A stretch of DNA of 64,000 bases, taken from the NCBI RefSeq assembly GCF_013315695.1, contig NZ_CP054353.1. One strand, given 5' to 3'. The notes under the pieces are model-generated. The model was given only the letters and a program-made list of their open reading frames with translations. It made no database searches and was not told the DNA's origin. Origin of the DNA: Escherichia coli. Lineage in GTDB: Bacteria; Pseudomonadota; Gammaproteobacteria; Enterobacterales; Enterobacteriaceae. This document shows positions 39,315-54,479 of this stretch, piece after piece; the first letter of the stretch is position 1; each line of letters opens with the position of its first letter. Made by a program: the position numbers and the translations under genes.

Positions 39315-40472
39315 ATGGCGGAAGGAAAAGCAATGTCAGAATTTTTGCCTTTTTCGCGACCAGCAATGGGCGTGGAGGAACTCGCTGCAGTTAAAGAGGT
39401 TCTCGAATCCGGTTGGATCACAACCGGTCCGAAGAATCAGGCGCTTGAACAAGCCTTTTGCCAGTTGACGGGAAATCAGCATGCCATCGCGGTCAGTTCA
39501 GCCACCGCCGGAATGCATATCACGCTAATGGCGTTGGAAATTGGCAAGGGCGATGAAGTGATTACGCCTTCCCTGACCTGGGTTTCAACCCTCAATATGA
39601 TCTCCTTGTTGGGTGCAACGCCGGTAATGGTGGATGTCGACCGCGATACGCTGATGGTCACGCCTGAAGCGATCGAGTCAGCCATTACGCCACGCACTAA
39701 AGCCATCATTCCGGTGCATTATGCCGGTGCGCCAGCAGATATTGACGCCATTCGCGCCATTGGCGAACGTTACGGCATCGCAGTTATCGAAGATGCTGCC
39801 CATGCCGTCGGTACGTATTACAAAGGGCGACATATTGGCGCAAAAGGTGCCGCTATTTTTTCATTTCATGCCATTAAAAATATTACCTGTGCTGAAGGTG
39901 GCCTGATTGTAACTGATAATGAAAACCTTGCCCGCCAGCTACGGATGCTGAAATTTCACGGTCTGGGTGTCGATGCCTATGACAGACAAACCTGGGGCCG
40001 TGCACCGCAAGCTGAAGTCTTAACACCGGGCTATAAGTACAATCTGACCGATATTAACGCCGCGATTGCCCTGACACAGTTAGCAAAATTAGAGCACCTC
40101 AACACCCGTCGGCGCGAAATTGCCCAGCAATATCAGCAAGCACTGGCAGCTCTCCCCTTTCAGCCATTAAGCCTTCCCGCCTGGCCGCACGTTCACGCCT
40201 GGCATCTGTTTATTATTCGTGTCGATGAACAACGTTGTGGTATCAGTCGCGATGCGTTGATGGAAGCGTTAAAAGAAAGAGGTATTGGTACCGGGTTACA
40301 TTTCCGCGCCGCTCACACACAAAAATATTATCGCGAGCGTTTTCCCACGCTGTCGTTACCGAATACCGAATGGAATAGCGAACGCATCTGTTCGTTGCCG
40401 CTGTTCCCGGATATGACCACCGCCGATGCCGACCGCGTCATCACAGCCCTTCAGCAACTCGCAGGACAATAA
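39315..40472 (+). CDS. arnB: UDP-4-amino-4-deoxy-L-arabinose--oxoglutarate aminotransferase
   Basis: Start placed at [19 protein letters not shown]... within track ORF 39300..40472; DegT/AHBA-synthase family. Confidence 0.95.
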   Translation: MAEGKAMSEFLPFSRPAMGVEELAAVKEVLESGWITTGPKNQALEQAFCQLTGNQHAIAVSSATAGMHITLMALEIGKGDEVITPSLTWVSTLNMISLLGATPVMVDVDRDTLMVTPEAIESAITPRTKAIIPVHYAGAPADIDAIRAIGERYGIAVIEDAAHAVGTYYKGRHIGAKGAAIFSFHAIKNITCAEGGLIVTDNENLARQLRMLKFHGLGVDAYDRQTWGRAPQAEVLTPGYKYNLTDINAAIALTQLAKLEHLNTRRREIAQQYQQALAALPFQPLSLPAWPHVHAWHLFIIRVDEQRCGISRDALMEALKERGIGTGLHFRAAHTQKYYRERFPTLSLPNTEWNSERICSLPLFPDMTTADADRVITALQQLAGQ

Positions 40473-41443
<971 letters not shown>

Positions 41444-41444
<1 letters not shown>

Positions 41445-43426
41445 TGAAAACCGTCGTTTTTGCCTACCACGATATGGGATGCCTCGGTATTGAAGCCCTG
41501 CTGGCTGCCGGTTACGAAATTAGCGCCATTTTTACCCATACTGATAATCCCGGTGAAAAAGCCTTTTATGGTTCGGTTGCCCGACTGGCAGCGGAAAGAG
41601 GCATTCCGGTTTACGCGCCGGATAACGTTAATCATCCACTATGGGTGGAGCGCATTGCCCAACTGTCACCAGAGGTGATTTTCTCGTTTTATTATCGCCA
41701 TCTTATTCACGACAAGATTTTGCAGCTCGCTCCTGCAGGCGCATTTAATCTGCATGGTTCACTGTTACCAAAATATCGTGGTCGCGCGCCGCTGAACTGG
41801 GTGCTGGTGAACGGTGAAACGGAAACTGGCGTGACATTGCACCGAATGGTGAAACGTGCCGATGCCGGGGCCATTGTGGCGCAACTGCGCATTGCCATTG
41901 CGCCAGACGATATCGCCATTACGCTGCATCATAAGTTATGTCATGCCGCGCGCCAGCTACTGGAGCAGACATTACCCGCCATTAAACACGGTAATATTCT
42001 GGAAATCGCCCAGCGCGAAAACGAAGCCACCTGTTTTGGTCGCAGAACACCGGAAGACAGTTTCCTCGAATGGCATAAACCGGCATCCGTGCTGCACAAC
42101 ATGGTGCGTGCCGTTGCCGATCCGTGGCCGGGTGCCTTCAGCTATGTTGGTAATCAGAAATTTACCGTCTGGTCGTCACGCGTGCATTCTCATGCGCCCG
42201 CAGCACAACCGGGGAGCGTGATTTCTGTTGCGCCACTGCTGATTGCCTGTGGCGATGGCGCGCTGGAAATCGTCACTGGACAGGCGGGCGACGGCATTAC
42301 TATGCAGGGCTCGCAATTAGCGCAGACGCTGGGCCTGGTGCAAGGTTCACGCTTGAATAGCCAGCCTGCCTGTGCCGCCCGACGCCGTACCCGGGTACTC
42401 ATCCTCGGGGTGAATGGCTTTATTGGCAACCATCTGACAGAACGCCTGCTGCGCGAAGATCATTATGAAGTTTACGGTCTGGATATTGGCAGCGATGCGA
42501 TAAGCCGTTTTCTGAATCATCCGCATTTTCACTTTGTCGAAGGCGATATCAGTATTCATTCCGAATGGATTGAGTATCACGTCAAAAAATGTGATGTCGT
42601 GTTGCCGCTGGTGGCGATAGCCACGCCGATTGAATATACCCGCAACCCGCTGCGCGTATTTGAACTCGATTTCGAAGAGAATCTGCGCATTATCCGCTAC
42701 TGCGTGAAGTACCGTAAGCGAATCATCTTCCCGTCGACTTCAGAAGTTTATGGGATGTGTAGCGATAAATACTTCGATGAGGACCATTCTAATTTAATCG
42801 TCGGCCCGGTGAATAAACCACGCTGGATTTATTCGGTGTCTAAACAATTACTTGATCGAGTGATCTGGGCCTATGGCGAAAAAGAAGGTTTACAGTTCAC
42901 CCTCTTCCGCCCGTTTAACTGGATGGGGCCACGACTGGATAACCTTAATGCAGCGCGAATTGGCAGCTCCCGCGCTATTACGCAACTCATTCTCAATCTG
43001 GTAGAAGGTTCACCGATTAAGCTGATTGATGGCGGAAAACAAAAACGCTGCTTTACTGATATTCGGGATGGTATCGAGGCGTTATACCGCATTATCGAAA
43101 ATGCGGGAAATCGCTGCGATGGCGAAATTATCAACATTGGCAATCCTGAGAACGAAGCGAGCATTGAAGAACTGGGGGAGATGCTGCTGGCGAGCTTCGA
43201 AAAACATCCGCTGCGCCATTACTTCCCACCGTTTGCGGGCTTTCGTGTTGTCGAAAGTAGCAGCTACTACGGCAAAGGATATCAGGACGTAGAGCATCGT
43301 AAACCGAGCATCCGCAATGCCCGCCGCTGCCTGGACTGGGAACCCAAAATTGATATGCAGGAAACCATCGACGAAACGCTGGATTTCTTCCTGCGCACCG
43401 TTGATCTTACGGATAAACCATCATGA
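41444..43426 (+). CDS. arnA: Bifunctional UDP-glucuronic acid decarboxylase / UDP-Ara4N formyltransferase
   Basis: 660-aa [37 protein letters not shown]... Confidence 0.96.
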
Positions 43427-44313
43427 CCAAAGTAGGCTTACGCATTGATGTCGATACCTTTCGTGGCACCCGTGAAGGCGTGCCGCGTCTGCTGGAAATC
43501 TTGAGTAAGCATAATATTCAGGCCAGCATTTTTTTCAGCGTCGGCCCGGACAATATGGGCCGCCATCTCTGGCGACTGGTGAAACCACAGTTTTTGTGGA
43601 AGATGCTGCGCTCAAACGCGGCATCGCTTTATGGCTGGGATATTTTACTGGCAGGTACGGCCTGGCCAGGTAAAGAGATTGGTCATGCCAATGCCGATAT
43701 CATTCGTGAAGCAGCTAAACATCACGAAGTCGGCCTGCACGCCTGGGATCACCATGCCTGGCAAGCCCATAGCGGTAACTGGGATCGGCAAACAATGATC
43801 GACGATATTGCACGCGGCCTTCGCACCCTGGAAGAGATTATAGGTCAACCGGTAACCTGTTCTGCCGCTGCTGGCTGGCGTGCTGACCAACAGGTGATCG
43901 AAGCAAAAGAAGCGTTCCATTTGCGCTACAACAGCGATTGTCGTGGGGCGATGCCGTTTCGTCCATTGCTCGAATCAGGAAACCCTGGCACTGCGCAAAT
44001 TCCGGTGACCTTACCCACCTGGGATGAAGTGATTGGTCGGGATGTGAAAGCAGAAGATTTTAACGGTTGGTTACTCAACCGCATCCTGCGAGATAAAGGC
44101 ACGCCGGTTTATACCATTCATGCAGAAGTTGAAGGCTGCGCTTATCAGCATAATTTTGTGGATCTCCTGAAACGCGCAGCTCAGGAAGGCGTGACATTTT
44201 GCCCTTTAAGCGAACTGTTATCAGGGATGTTGCCGCTCGGACAAGTTGTTCGCGGAAATATTGCCGGACGTGAAGGCTGGCTGGGTTGCCAACAAATTGC
44301 GGGTAGTCGCTGA
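43423..44313 (+). CDS. arnD: 4-Deoxy-4-formamido-L-arabinose-phosphoundecaprenol deformylase
   Basis: 296-aa [30 protein letters not shown]...; start overlaps arnA stop. Confidence 0.95.
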   Translation: MTKVGLRIDVDTFRGTREGVPRLLEILSKHNIQASIFFSVGPDNMGRHLWRLVKPQFLWKMLRSNAASLYGWDILLAGTAWPGKEIGHANADIIREAAKHHEVGLHAWDHHAWQAHSGNWDRQTMIDDIARGLRTLEEIIGQPVTCSAAAGWRADQQVIEAKEAFHLRYNSDCRGAMPFRPLLESGNPGTAQIPVTLPTWDEVIGRDVKAEDFNGWLLNRILRDKGTPVYTIHAEVEGCAYQHNFVDLLKRAAQEGVTFCPLSELLSGMLPLGQVVRGNIAGREGWLGCQQIAGSR

Positions 44314-45965
44314 TGAAATCGGTACGTTACCTTATCGGCCTCTTCGCGTTTATTGCCTGCTATTACCTGTTACCGATCAGCACGCGTCTGCTATGGCAAC
44401 CCGATGAAACGCGTTATGCGGAAATCAGTCGGGAAATGCTGGCATCCGGCGACTGGATTGTGCCCCATCTGTTAGGGCTACGTTATTTCGAAAAACCCAT
44501 TGCCGGATACTGGATTAACAGCATTGGGCAATGGCTATTTGGCGCGAATAACTTTGGTGTGCGGGCAGGCGTTATCTTTGCGACCCTGTTAACTGCCGCG
44601 CTGGTGACCTGGTTTACTCTGCGCTTATGGCGCGATAAACGTCTGGCACTACTCGCCGCTGTCATTTATCTCTCGCTGCTTATTGTCTACGCCATCGGCA
44701 CTTACGCCGTGCTCGATCCGTTTATTGCATTCTGGCTGGTGTCGGGAATGTGTAGCTTCTGGTTGGCAATGGATGCGCAAACGTGGAAAGGTAAAAGCGC
44801 GGGATTTTTACTGCTGGGAATCACCTGCGGCATGGGGGTGATGACCAAAGGTTTTCTCGCCCTTGCCGTGCCGGTATTAAGCGTGCTTCCATGGGTTGCA
44901 ACGCAAAAACGCTGGAAAGATCTCTTTATTTACGGCTGGCTGGCGGTCATCAGTTGCGTACTGACGGTTCTCCCCTGGGGACTGGCGATAGCGCAGCGGG
45001 AGCCTGACTTCTGGCACTATTTTTTCTGGGTTGAGCATATTCAACGCTTTGCAATGGATGATGCTCAGCATAGAGCTCCGTTCTGGTACTACTTGCCGGT
45101 CATCATTGCCGGTAGCCTGCCGTGGCTGGGATTACTCCCCGGAGCACTGTACGCAGGCTGGAAAAACCGCAAGCATTCCGCAACCGTCTATTTGTTGAGC
45201 TGGACGATAATGCCGCTGCTGTTTTTCTCCGTCGCTAAAGGCAAATTGCCCACCTATATTCTTTCCTGCTTTGCACCTCTGGCAATGCTGATGGCGCATT
45301 ACGCTTTGCTGGCAGCAAAAAATAATCCTCTGGCGCTGCGGATTAATGGCTGGATTAACATCGCTTTTGGTGTCACTGGCATTATTGCCACATTTGTGGT
45401 CTCCCCATGGGGACCAATGAACACGCCAGTGTGGCAAACCTTCGAGAGCTATAAAGTCTTTTGTGCCTGGTCGATTTTTTCGCTATGGGCATTTTTCGGC
45501 TGGTACACCTTAACAAACGTCGAAAAGACCTGGTCTTTTGCCGCGCTTTGCCCGCTGGGGCTGGCGTTGCTGGTAGGATTTTCAATTCCTGACAGAGTCA
45601 TGGAAGGAAAACATCCGCAATTTTTTGTCGAGATGACACAAGAATCACTGCAGCCAAGCCGCTATATTCTTACTGATAGCGTCGGTGTTGCCGCAGGTCT
45701 GGCATGGAGCCTGCAACGCGATGACATCATCATGTATCGCCAGACAGGTGAGTTGAAATACGGCCTTAATTATCCGGATGCGAAAGGGAGATTTGTCAGC
45801 GGTGATGAGTTCGCAAACTGGCTTAATCAACATCGTCAGGAGGGGATTATTACACTCGTGCTTTCGGTTGACCGCGATGAAGATATCAACAGTCTCGCCA
45901 TTCCGCCCGCAGATGCCATCGATCGTCAGGAGCGTCTGGTGCTGATTCAGTATCGTCCCAAATGA
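44313..45965 (+). CDS. arnT: Undecaprenyl phosphate-alpha-Ara4N transferase (lipid A modification)
   Basis: 550-aa membrane [46 protein letters not shown]... Confidence 0.95.
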
Positions 45966-46297
45966 TCTGGCTAACATTAGTCTTTGCCAGCTTGCTTAGC
46001 GTTGCCGGGCAGTTGTGTCAGAAACAGGCAACCTGCTTTGTGGCGATAAACAAACGGCGCAAACATATCGTGCTGTGGCTGGGACTGGCGCTGGCTTGTC
46101 TTGGTCTTGCCATGGTGCTCTGGCTGCTGGTCTTGCAGAACGTACCGGTAGGCATTGCCTACCCGATGTTAAGTCTGAATTTTGTCTGGGTGACGCTGGC
46201 TGCAGTAAAACTGTGGCACGAACCGGTATCGCCGCGTCACTGGTGTGGGGTGGCGTTCATTATTGGTGGCATTGTGATCCTCGGGAGTACCGTGTAA
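45962..46297 (+). CDS. arnE: Undecaprenyl-phosphate-Ara4N flippase subunit ArnE
   Basis: 111-aa membrane [25 protein letters not shown]... Confidence 0.92.
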
Positions 46298-46683
46298 TGG
46301 GCCTGATGTGGGGATTATTCAGCGTCATTATCGCCTCCGCTGCGCAATTAAGCCTGGGTTTTGCGGCGAGTCATCTGCCGCCGATGACGCACTTATGGGA
46401 TTTTATCGCGGCGCTGTTAGCTTTTGGCCTGGATGCCCGGATACTGTTACTCGGGCTGCTGGGTTATCTGCTTTCCGTTTTTTGTTGGTATAAAACACTA
46501 CATAAACTTGCACTAAGCAAAGCCTATGCCTTGCTCAGTATGAGTTATGTGCTGGTATGGATTGCTTCAATGGTACTTCCCGGCTGGGAAGGAACTTTTT
46601 CGCTGAAAGCACTACTGGGAGTAGCCTGTATTATGAGCGGGTTGATGCTGATTTTCCTGCCCACGACAAAACAACGTTACTGA
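46297..46683 (+). CDS. arnF: Undecaprenyl-phosphate-Ara4N flippase subunit ArnF
   Basis: Start placed at [14 protein letters not shown]... (taATGg overlap with arnE stop) within track ORF 46015..46683. Confidence 0.9.
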
Positions 46684-46943
46684 GTTTTCCCTGCCACTTT
46701 ACACTGCCGTTCCCACTCATCGGGGCTATAACTGCTTGCCGAGAGGACTTTCACCGTATGCAGCTTTTCACGATTAATACAATAAAGCGCATTCTGCAAA
46801 GGCGAGAGTAAATCCCCCACTTTCACGGCGAAGTCACTCTTCACTTCGGCGATCATTTTTATCGCGCCGCCAGCATCGCAGAGCATAAGTACATGTCTGT
46901 TATCTTGTTTATTGCAGCACGATTTTTTGACCAGCCATTCCAT
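46677..46943 (-). CDS. pmrD: PmrD connector protein
   Basis: Start placed at [26 protein letters not shown]... (88 aa) within track ORF 46677..46973; 3' end overlaps the arnF 3' end convergently by 7 nt. Confidence 0.92.
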
Positions 46944-47052
46944 TGCATTATCCTGTTTGATAAGAGTTTTCACATCAATTTACAGATTAACAGATAAACC
47001 TATTATCAACGGCAATGGAATGGCAAAATTGCGAAGTGAAACTAATGATTTC

Positions 47053-48408
47053 TTAATCCTGGCGTTGCACCCACTCTTTTAACGCCTGACGTGAAATTTT
47101 AATACCGCCGTTTTTCAGTTCTGATGGTAACGTTAACCAACGCACCGGTTGCTGAAAACGAGCCAACTTGTCTTTCACCCATTCGTCAAGATCAACGGTT
47201 TGCTGGTCATACTCCACCACCGCTACCGGCCGATGACCAAACTCCTTGTCGGCAACGGGGACGATAAACACCTGCAAAACCGCAGGATGTGCAGCAATAA
47301 CGCGCTCGACTTCTTCCGGCTGAATACCCTCACCGCCACTGAAGAATAGATTGTCTAAACGTCCGACAATGGTCAGCTTGCCATTATGCATCTCACCGCG
47401 ATCGCGCGTGGCGTACCAGCCTTCGTCATTAACCAGTGGAACCCGTTGCCCGTTACGCCAGTAACCTTCTGCCATACTGGCAGCCCGCAGCCACACTTCA
47501 TCATTAACGATTTTCACTTCCCGACCCGGCAGCGGCGAACCAACGTCCGCCAGGCCGTCGGCTTCTTTCGCACACACCGTGGAGGCAAACTCGGTCAGAC
47601 CATAGCCGCAAAAGCAACGAATCCCCTGCTCGCGCGCCTGTTCCGTCAACTCGACCGGGATAGCCGCGCCGCCAAGTAAAACCGCTTTCAGGGAAACGGA
47701 ACTACGGTTAACCAGCAAACGCCAGAGTTGTGTTGGCACCAGTGAAGCGTGAGTACAGCCTGCCAGCATTTGCTCCAATGGCTGTTTATCACGTACCGTC
47801 ATCCGCGCACCCGCGTATAACCAGCGCCACATAATTCCCTGACCGGAGACGTGAAACAGCGGTAAAGAGAGCAACCAGTCATCGTGCTCGCCAAACGGTA
47901 TCAGCGATAACACACCTTGCGCACTGGCAAGATGGGCCTGATAAGTATGAACAGCGGCTTTCGGCAAACCGGTAGAGCCAGAGGTCAACGTCATTGAGCA
48001 CAGACGCGTCGGCTGCCACGCAGCGGCATGTGCGCCTTCAACCAGCTGAATGTGCAGCGACGTTAACGCCGGAAACGTGTTTTCCCCATCCGGCACCAGC
48101 GCAAATTGCAGCGTCAGATTGGGCAGCAATTCTTCAAGCAACGGTTGCGGCAGCTGAGGGTTCACGGGCAACACCCGCGCCCCGCATTGCAGTAACGCCA
48201 GCCAGGCGAGCAGCGTTTGCGGCGTATTCCACGCCCGCAACATCACGCCGCTGCCCTCAACAACGCCCTGCGCCGCAAAGCCGGAGGCTAATTCATCGAC
48301 GCGAGCACAAAGCTCACGCCAGTTGAGTTGCTCGTCATTAAGACGTAAGGCGATGGCTTCTCCCCGCACTTGCCGCCAGTGACGCCACGGCCAGTCAGAG
48401 AAGATCAT
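47053..48408 (-). CDS. menE: o-Succinylbenzoate--CoA ligase
   Basis: 451-aa [33 protein letters not shown]... Confidence 0.95.
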   Translation of the reverse strand: MIFSDWPWRHWRQVRGEAIALRLNDEQLNWRELCARVDELASGFAAQGVVEGSGVMLRAWNTPQTLLAWLALLQCGARVLPVNPQLPQPLLEELLPNLTLQFALVPDGENTFPALTSLHIQLVEGAHAAAWQPTRLCSMTLTSGSTGLPKAAVHTYQAHLASAQGVLSLIPFGEHDDWLLSLPLFHVSGQGIMWRWLYAGARMTVRDKQPLEQMLAGCTHASLVPTQLWRLLVNRSSVSLKAVLLGGAAIPVELTEQAREQGIRCFCGYGLTEFASTVCAKEADGLADVGSPLPGREVKIVNDEVWLRAASMAEGYWRNGQRVPLVNDEGWYATRDRGEMHNGKLTIVGRLDNLFFSGGEGIQPEEVERVIAAHPAVLQVFIVPVADKEFGHRPVAVVEYDQQTVDLDEWVKDKLARFQQPVRWLTLPSELKNGGIKISRQALKEWVQRQD

Positions 48409-49367
48409 AACAGCCGCTCCAGTGCATCAACTTCCACTAACGGCAGCGGGCTACCCGGCCAGCGACGAACCTGCTGCGCCTGCATCAGATCCAGCGTGTC
48501 CAGCCCCGGAATGGTGTCTGGCGTTAACCAGGCGGCAATCCGCGCCAGTTGCGTTAAGCCTAAGCTCGACTCAATAGAAGAACTGATCACCGCCGTCAGC
48601 CCCAACGCGTGCGCCGCCTGCACCTGCTCGCGTACTTTCTCCAGGCTACCCGTGAGCGTGGGTTTGATAACTACCGCGCGCACACCTTTTTCCGCCACAA
48701 AGGCAAAATCCGGCTCACGCAGGCTTTCATCCCAGGCAATGGCAATGCCGGTTTCACGGGCAAACGCACGCGAATCATCGCGGGTTTTGCACGGCTCTTC
48801 GAGAAAAGCAATGCGGTGGCGATAATCCGGGTTAACGTATTTGGCAAACTGCTGGCCTTTCAGCGGTGTCCAGGCGCGATTCGCGTCAAGACGCAAATGC
48901 AGATCCGGAATTGCCTCCAGCAACAGATTCACCACCATGCCGTCGCGCACGGCTTCGTACAATCCCACTTTGACCTTCGCCACTTTCTCACCAGGCATAT
49001 CGGCAAGTTTGAGGATCATATCGTCAGGATCGCCATTACACAGTGGTGCCGCACGGTAATTGGCCGCCTGCGGCAACGCATCGGTCAGTTCTGCCAATGC
49101 ACAGCTTACGCCAAAGGCCACGGAAGGCATCTGCGGTAATTCGCAATCGCCTGCCAGCCAGTTATTTACCCAGGCAAGCAGCACGCTTTGCGCCTCTTCC
49201 CAGGTTTCCTGGCTGAAGCCCGGCAGTGGGGAGATCTCCCCCCACCCTTCGCGCTCGCCCTCACGCAGGCAAACGTACAGCCCGTCGCGGGTTTTTAACC
49301 GCCTGTCGCGCAGAACCACCCCCGCGTCCATGGGGATCTGCCAGCGGTATACCTGCGCGCTACGCAT
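48405..49367 (-). CDS. menC: o-Succinylbenzoate synthase (enolase superfamily)
   Basis: 320-aa [35 protein letters not shown]... Confidence 0.96.
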   Translation of the reverse strand: MRSAQVYRWQIPMDAGVVLRDRRLKTRDGLYVCLREGEREGWGEISPLPGFSQETWEEAQSVLLAWVNNWLAGDCELPQMPSVAFGVSCALAELTDALPQAANYRAAPLCNGDPDDMILKLADMPGEKVAKVKVGLYEAVRDGMVVNLLLEAIPDLHLRLDANRAWTPLKGQQFAKYVNPDYRHRIAFLEEPCKTRDDSRAFARETGIAIAWDESLREPDFAFVAEKGVRAVVIKPTLTGSLEKVREQVQAAHALGLTAVISSSIESSLGLTQLARIAAWLTPDTIPGLDTLDLMQAQQVRRWPGSPLPLVEVDALERLL

Positions 49368-50224
49368 TACGGATTCCGTTTAAATTTGCTGAAGTCAGGC
49401 TGACGTTTCTGGTTGAAGGCGTTGCGACCTTCCTGACCTTCTTCCGTCATGTAGAACAGCATGGTGGCGTTGCCCGCCAGCTCCTGCAGACCTGCCTGAC
49501 CGTCACAGTCGGCGTTCAGTGCAGCTTTCAGGCAGCGCAGCGCCATCGGGCTGTTTTGCAGCATTTCACGGCACCAGCGCACGGTTTCTTTTTCCAGATC
49601 CGCCAGCGGTACCACGGTGTTTACAAGGCCCATATCCAGCGCCTGTTTCGCGTCGTACTGACGGCACAGGAACCAGATTTCACGCGCTTTTTTCTGTCCG
49701 ACGATGCGAGCCATGTAGGAAGCGCCCCAGCCGCCGTCGAAGGAACCGACTTTCGGGCCAGTCTGACCGAAGATGGCATTATCTGCCGCGATAGTCAGGT
49801 CGCACATCATGTGCAGAACGTGACCGCCGCCGATGGAGTAGCCAGCCACCATCGCGACAACCGGTTTCGGACAGGTACGAATCTGACGCTGGAAGTCCAG
49901 CACGTTCAGGTGATGTACGCCGGAATCATCTTTATAGCCGCCGTAATCACCACGCACTTTCTGGTCACCACCGGAGCAGAACGCTTTATCGCCTGCGCCA
50001 GTCAGAATGATCACGCCGATGTTGTCGTCATAACGCGCATCTGCCAGTGCCTGGATCATCTCTTTTACCGTCAGAGGACGGAAGGCATTGCGCACCTGCG
50101 GACGATTAATGGTGATTTTTGCGATACCGTCGGCAGATTTTTCATAACGAATGTCCTCGAAACCTTCGGAGCAGTCGTGCCATTCAACCGGTGCGTAAAG
50201 CATTGCTTCATCAGGATAAATCAT
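49367..50224 (-). CDS. menB: 1,4-Dihydroxy-2-naphthoyl-CoA synthase
   Basis: 285-aa crotonase-fold [33 protein letters not shown]... Confidence 0.97.
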   Translation of the reverse strand: MIYPDEAMLYAPVEWHDCSEGFEDIRYEKSADGIAKITINRPQVRNAFRPLTVKEMIQALADARYDDNIGVIILTGAGDKAFCSGGDQKVRGDYGGYKDDSGVHHLNVLDFQRQIRTCPKPVVAMVAGYSIGGGHVLHMMCDLTIAADNAIFGQTGPKVGSFDGGWGASYMARIVGQKKAREIWFLCRQYDAKQALDMGLVNTVVPLADLEKETVRWCREMLQNSPMALRCLKAALNADCDGQAGLQELAGNATMLFYMTEEGQEGRNAFNQKRQPDFSKFKRNP

Positions 50225-50238
50225 ATTGTGTCCTTTAG

Positions 50239-50997
50239 TCAGAAACGCAAGATCTGCGCCAGACTTGCGATTACGCCAGCGGGATTTTCCCGATGCGCGT
50301 TATGTCCGGCGCGAGGAATGACATGGCATTCGGCAGCCAGTTCCGCCGCCAGGGCGCGGAATTTGCTGTCACGTTCACCACATAAATAATAAAACGCAAA
50401 TGTGCGGGCGCTAAGGTTAGCACGTAAATCGGGCTGGACGGCGAGAGAAGTCGCCTCCAGCATGGCGGCAAGCGTTGCGCCATTATTGTTGCTGCGCAGC
50501 GCAACCAGCTCCCGGCGTTGTTCGTCATTGAGTGAGGCAAAAACAGGCTGTTGATACCAATCAGCAAATACCGCCGTTAACGGTTCTGTGCGAAAACGCT
50601 GCGCCCATTGGCGATCGGAACGCTGACGTTCCGTGCGTTGTTCAGCATTTTGCAACCCAGGATGCCCGCCTTCGACAACAACCCCACAAAGCCCCGCCAG
50701 CCCCTGGCAAGCCGCCATCATCGCCACCCGTCCGCCAAGCGAGTACCCCACCAGCCAGAAGTCAAGGATGTTGTAACTAACCAAGGTTTTACACAGTAAG
50801 CCGGTGACATCATCAAATCCATCGACGCTAATCGCCGCCGAACCACCGTGACCAGGGAGATCAACATACAACCGTGAGTAGTCGGCAAACACCTCGCCCA
50901 CTTCTTGCCATTCATGGCAATCGCCGGAAAAACCGTGCAAAAACACCAGCCAGGGTAAACCTGGTTTACCGTGTTTTGCCTGCGCGTGCAGGATCAT
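50239..50997 (-). CDS. menH: SHCHC synthase (alpha/beta hydrolase)
   Basis: 252-aa [33 protein letters not shown]...; GYSLGG nucleophile motif. Confidence 0.95.
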   Translation of the reverse strand: MILHAQAKHGKPGLPWLVFLHGFSGDCHEWQEVGEVFADYSRLYVDLPGHGGSAAISVDGFDDVTGLLCKTLVSYNILDFWLVGYSLGGRVAMMAACQGLAGLCGVVVEGGHPGLQNAEQRTERQRSDRQWAQRFRTEPLTAVFADWYQQPVFASLNDEQRRELVALRSNNNGATLAAMLEATSLAVQPDLRANLSARTFAFYYLCGERDSKFRALAAELAAECHVIPRAGHNAHRENPAGVIASLAQILRF

Positions 50998-52664
50998 AAA
51001 TGGCTTACCTGCGCCAGCAGTTGCTGGAGGGTTTGCGCACCATCGGTGTCGTTAACCACCATTTCAATTACCGTGGTGGTCGGCGTGCGCCAGGCGTCGG
51101 CAAGTGCCGTTTCAAGTTCCTGCCAGTTTTGCGGACGATGATATTTCAGCTCGAACATCGCGGCGGCGTGCTCAAAATGGACGTTTTGCGGCATCAGATA
51201 GAAACGCTCGCGCTCGTTTTTCGGCGTTGGCAACAGCGAGAAAATTTGCCCGCCGTTGTTGTTCACCACAATTAATACCAGCGGCGCGGAAACCTGACGT
51301 AATAACGCCAGCGCGTTGAGATCGTAAAGAGCTGAGAGATCGCCCACAATCGCCAGCGTCGGTTTGCCGCTTGCCCGCTGAACGCCTGCGGCGGTCGAGA
51401 GCAGCCCGTCGATACCGCTGGCACCACGGTTGCTGTACACCGGGTAACCTGCCGGAAGTTGCGAAAGCGCATCAATCAGACGTACCACCAGGCTGTTACC
51501 GACAAACAATTGCCCCTGTTCAGGCAGATAGTCGCTGATGCGATGCGCCAGTTGGGCTTCGCCAAACGCATCGCGACGGGCAATAACCGCCTGCATTGCC
51601 TGTTCCGCCAGGCGCGGGATTTCAACGCACCAGGGCTGGCGTTTTTCTGCCGGATGTTGCTCCAGCCAGTCGGCAATATTGGCAATTAAGCGACGTCCGC
51701 GATGGTGTGCCGGATCAAGTCGCCCTTCAATGTCATCAACAATCCAGTACTCTTCGGGTTCACAGCTTGCCTGCCATTGCAGGAGCCGTTTGCCCGTCAG
51801 GCTGCTTCCCAGTTGCACCACAATTTGCGCCTGTTGCAGTTCGCTGGTCGCTTTGGCATTGCCTAACCAGAGATCGGCACACGGCAGCGGCTGTCCGGTT
51901 TGCGACAGCACATCGCCAATCAGCGGCCAGCCAAGAGTTTGCGCCCACAGGGCAACTTTTTTGCCCTCTTCCGCACTCATGCGCCCGGCAACCACCACGC
52001 CGCGCTTTTGTCGCCAGAAGAACCAGTCGCGCTGTTTTTCACTTTCCAGACGAGGCGCTTCACGCAGCCACGGCTTATCGTCCTGCCACCAGTCGCCCAG
52101 ACGCTGTTGCCAGCTAAGCCCGGTGTCGTCCATTTCGCCATACAGCGGTTCGGCAAACGGACAGTTGATATGGACTCCACCCGCATGAAGCGTACCGAGA
52201 GCGTGGTCGATGGTAGAAACCAGCCAACGTGCGGGGATATCCTGGGTCGGGCGCGGCAATGAAATACTGTGCGTGGGGTGAGAGGCGAACATTCCCGGCT
52301 GACGAATCGCCTGATTCGCGCCGCAGTCAATGAGCTCCGGCGGGCGATCGGCGGTTAACAGGATCAGTTTTTCTCCGGTTAACCCGGCTTCAATCAGTGC
52401 CGGATAGAGATTTGCTACCGCCGTGCCGGAGGTCACAATCACCGCCACCGGCTGCTTGCTGACTTTCGCCAGCCCCAGCGCCAGATGCCCCAGTCCACGC
52501 TCATCGAAATGGGTGTGGTGAATGAATGCGGAATTCTCCGCCGCCGCTAACGTTAACGGTGTAGAACGCGAGCCAGGGGCGATACAGATGTGTCTGACGC
52601 CGTGACGCGTTAATGCTTCCAGAATGACCGCCGCCCAGCGTCGGTTAAATGCGCTTACTGACAT
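50994..52664 (-). CDS. menD: SEPHCHC synthase (ThDP-dependent)
   Basis: Start placed at [36 protein letters not shown]... within track ORF 50994..53015 (556 aa). Confidence 0.95.
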   Translation of the reverse strand: MSVSAFNRRWAAVILEALTRHGVRHICIAPGSRSTPLTLAAAENSAFIHHTHFDERGLGHLALGLAKVSKQPVAVIVTSGTAVANLYPALIEAGLTGEKLILLTADRPPELIDCGANQAIRQPGMFASHPTHSISLPRPTQDIPARWLVSTIDHALGTLHAGGVHINCPFAEPLYGEMDDTGLSWQQRLGDWWQDDKPWLREAPRLESEKQRDWFFWRQKRGVVVAGRMSAEEGKKVALWAQTLGWPLIGDVLSQTGQPLPCADLWLGNAKATSELQQAQIVVQLGSSLTGKRLLQWQASCEPEEYWIVDDIEGRLDPAHHRGRRLIANIADWLEQHPAEKRQPWCVEIPRLAEQAMQAVIARRDAFGEAQLAHRISDYLPEQGQLFVGNSLVVRLIDALSQLPAGYPVYSNRGASGIDGLLSTAAGVQRASGKPTLAIVGDLSALYDLNALALLRQVSAPLVLIVVNNNGGQIFSLLPTPKNERERFYLMPQNVHFEHAAAMFELKYHRPQNWQELETALADAWRTPTTTVIEMVVNDTDGAQTLQQLLAQVSHL

Positions 52665-52752
52665 GAGTTTGTCCGGTATCAATATTGCGGCTAAGTATAA
52701 GGAGCTACAAAAATAGATTATTGATATGAATCGGTAATGATGCGACTCATTA

Positions 52753-54048
52753 CTATTCCATTTGTAATAAAGTACGCAGCCCTGCCGCTTTGTTGTCGAT
52801 TTCCTGCCACTCTTGCTCGGGGTCGGAACCACGGACAATGCCCGCGCCAGCATATAGCCGCACGACATTGCCGCTAATTTTTGCTGAGCGCAGGGAAACG
52901 CAGAATTCGCTTTGTTGTAATGAGAGATAGCCCGCAGAACCGGCGTACCATTCTCGGGTGAACGGTTCGTGACGGGCGATAAACTGTCGCGCCAGATCGC
53001 GCGGTAAGCCAGCAACTGCTGCCGTTGGCTGCAACTGATGTAAACAGATCACATCATCCGCTTTGTTGAGTGCAGTCCAGATACAGCGGCGAAGATGCTG
53101 CACTTTACGCAGACGCAGTACCTGCGGCGGTAAAACATCCAACGTCCGGGTATCGGCCTGCAATCGTTGGCAGATATCCTCCACCACCAACATGTTCTCG
53201 CGCTGGTTTTTATCATCCGCCATCAGCCACTCACCCAACCGCTGCGCCTGCTTATCATCAGGATGATTTGCTACCGTTCCCGCCAGCGCTTCAGTACGCA
53301 GCGCTTTGTCACGCCGCCGCCATAACCGTTCCGGTGAAGAGCCAAGAAAAGCAATTTCGCCATCAAAGGCCATGTAAAAATGGTAGCAATTCAGATTCAG
53401 TCGACGACTGGCAGCCATCATCGCCGCCGCATTGACCGGACTTGCGAAATGCAGGTCAGTTGCCCGAGCAAGCACCACTTTGTCGAGCTCACCTTCGGCG
53501 ATGGTTTTCGTTGCCAGTTCGATTAATTGCGTCCAGCCCGTTTTGTCCGGCCAGTGTTGTTCTCGGGTGGTGGTTAAATGTAACCCAGGCAAGGGTTTAA
53601 TACTCACCAGTGTGGCGATAAATTCTTTTGCCTTAATCGCATCATGCTGAAGGGATCTTTCGCTGAATAGCGTCAGCCGCAGCGTGGCTTTACCGCCACA
53701 GCGTCGCCATTCGAGGCGTGGTAAAAGTAAATTGCCCTGCGACGGGTCAAACGCATTCAACCCCCAGATGCGTAAGTCGGCGTGTTCCGGGTGTTGGCGA
53801 AGAAAACGTTGTGCCTGGTCCAACGACGTAAAACGGGTTATCGCACCCAGGACGGCAGCTTCTTCATCACCATTACGTTGTTGCCAGTAGAATTGCGGAT
53901 ACACCTGCTGACTGGCCAGCCAGCTCAAGGCATCAAAAGCGTCTTTGAGAGGGAAAGGAATATCGATAACCCGAATGCCGGGTGTCGCCGGAATCTCTTG
54001 CGACAAATGGCGCAGTAGATTTTCCAGCGCCGTAGTAAGTGATTGCAC
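52753..54048 (-). CDS. menF: Isochorismate synthase
   Basis: 431-aa [35 protein letters not shown]... Confidence 0.95.
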   Translation of the reverse strand: MQSLTTALENLLRHLSQEIPATPGIRVIDIPFPLKDAFDALSWLASQQVYPQFYWQQRNGDEEAAVLGAITRFTSLDQAQRFLRQHPEHADLRIWGLNAFDPSQGNLLLPRLEWRRCGGKATLRLTLFSERSLQHDAIKAKEFIATLVSIKPLPGLHLTTTREQHWPDKTGWTQLIELATKTIAEGELDKVVLARATDLHFASPVNAAAMMAASRRLNLNCYHFYMAFDGEIAFLGSSPERLWRRRDKALRTEALAGTVANHPDDKQAQRLGEWLMADDKNQRENMLVVEDICQRLQADTRTLDVLPPQVLRLRKVQHLRRCIWTALNKADDVICLHQLQPTAAVAGLPRDLARQFIARHEPFTREWYAGSAGYLSLQQSEFCVSLRSAKISGNVVRLYAGAGIVRGSDPEQEWQEIDNKAAGLRTLLQME

Positions 54049-54126
54049 GCGGACCTCTCCCTGTTAAAAGCCTCACATTATACGGGGTACGACAAAAAAA
54101 ATGCAGTACCCCGGTGTAGGGAGGTT

Positions 54127-54432
54127 TTAACGGCGTGCCAGCAACAGTCCTAGTACCAGCCCAACGGCCGCACCCACACCAATTCCTTGCCAGGGTTTTT
54201 CGTGGACGTAGTCATCAGCACGATAAACTGCCTGCTTCGCCCGATAGTAATAACTGTCTGAAGCCTGGCTAACCCGTTTTTTCACATCATCCAGCGCTTT
54301 TTCTGCACGCGCTTTCAGCTCAACATATTTCTGATCGGCGGGATCGCCAGAGGAGCGGAGCACCTCTTCCAGTGTTTCACTAAGCAGCGTCAGGTCGTCA
54401 TCGATACGTGTATCACCAAACTGATTAGACAT
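54127..54432 (-). CDS. elaB: Ribosome-associated tail-anchored membrane protein ElaB
   Basis: 101-aa ORF MSNQFGDTRIDDDLTLLSETLEEVLRSSGDPADQKYVELKARAEKALDD... with C-terminal TM anchor. Confidence 0.93.
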   Translation of the reverse strand: MSNQFGDTRIDDDLTLLSETLEEVLRSSGDPADQKYVELKARAEKALDDVKKRVSQASDSYYYRAKQAVYRADDYVHEKPWQGIGVGAAVGLVLGLLLARR

Positions 54433-54479
54433 TCTCGTTCTCCATTTGCGTAAAACCTGTCACTAACTATAGACAATGG

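Noticed and set aside
49226-50389. 387-aa plus-strand ORF spanning menC/menB/menH antisense
   Set aside because: Crosses three well-supported men genes on the opposite strand; Arg/Ala-rich translation typical of antisense frames.
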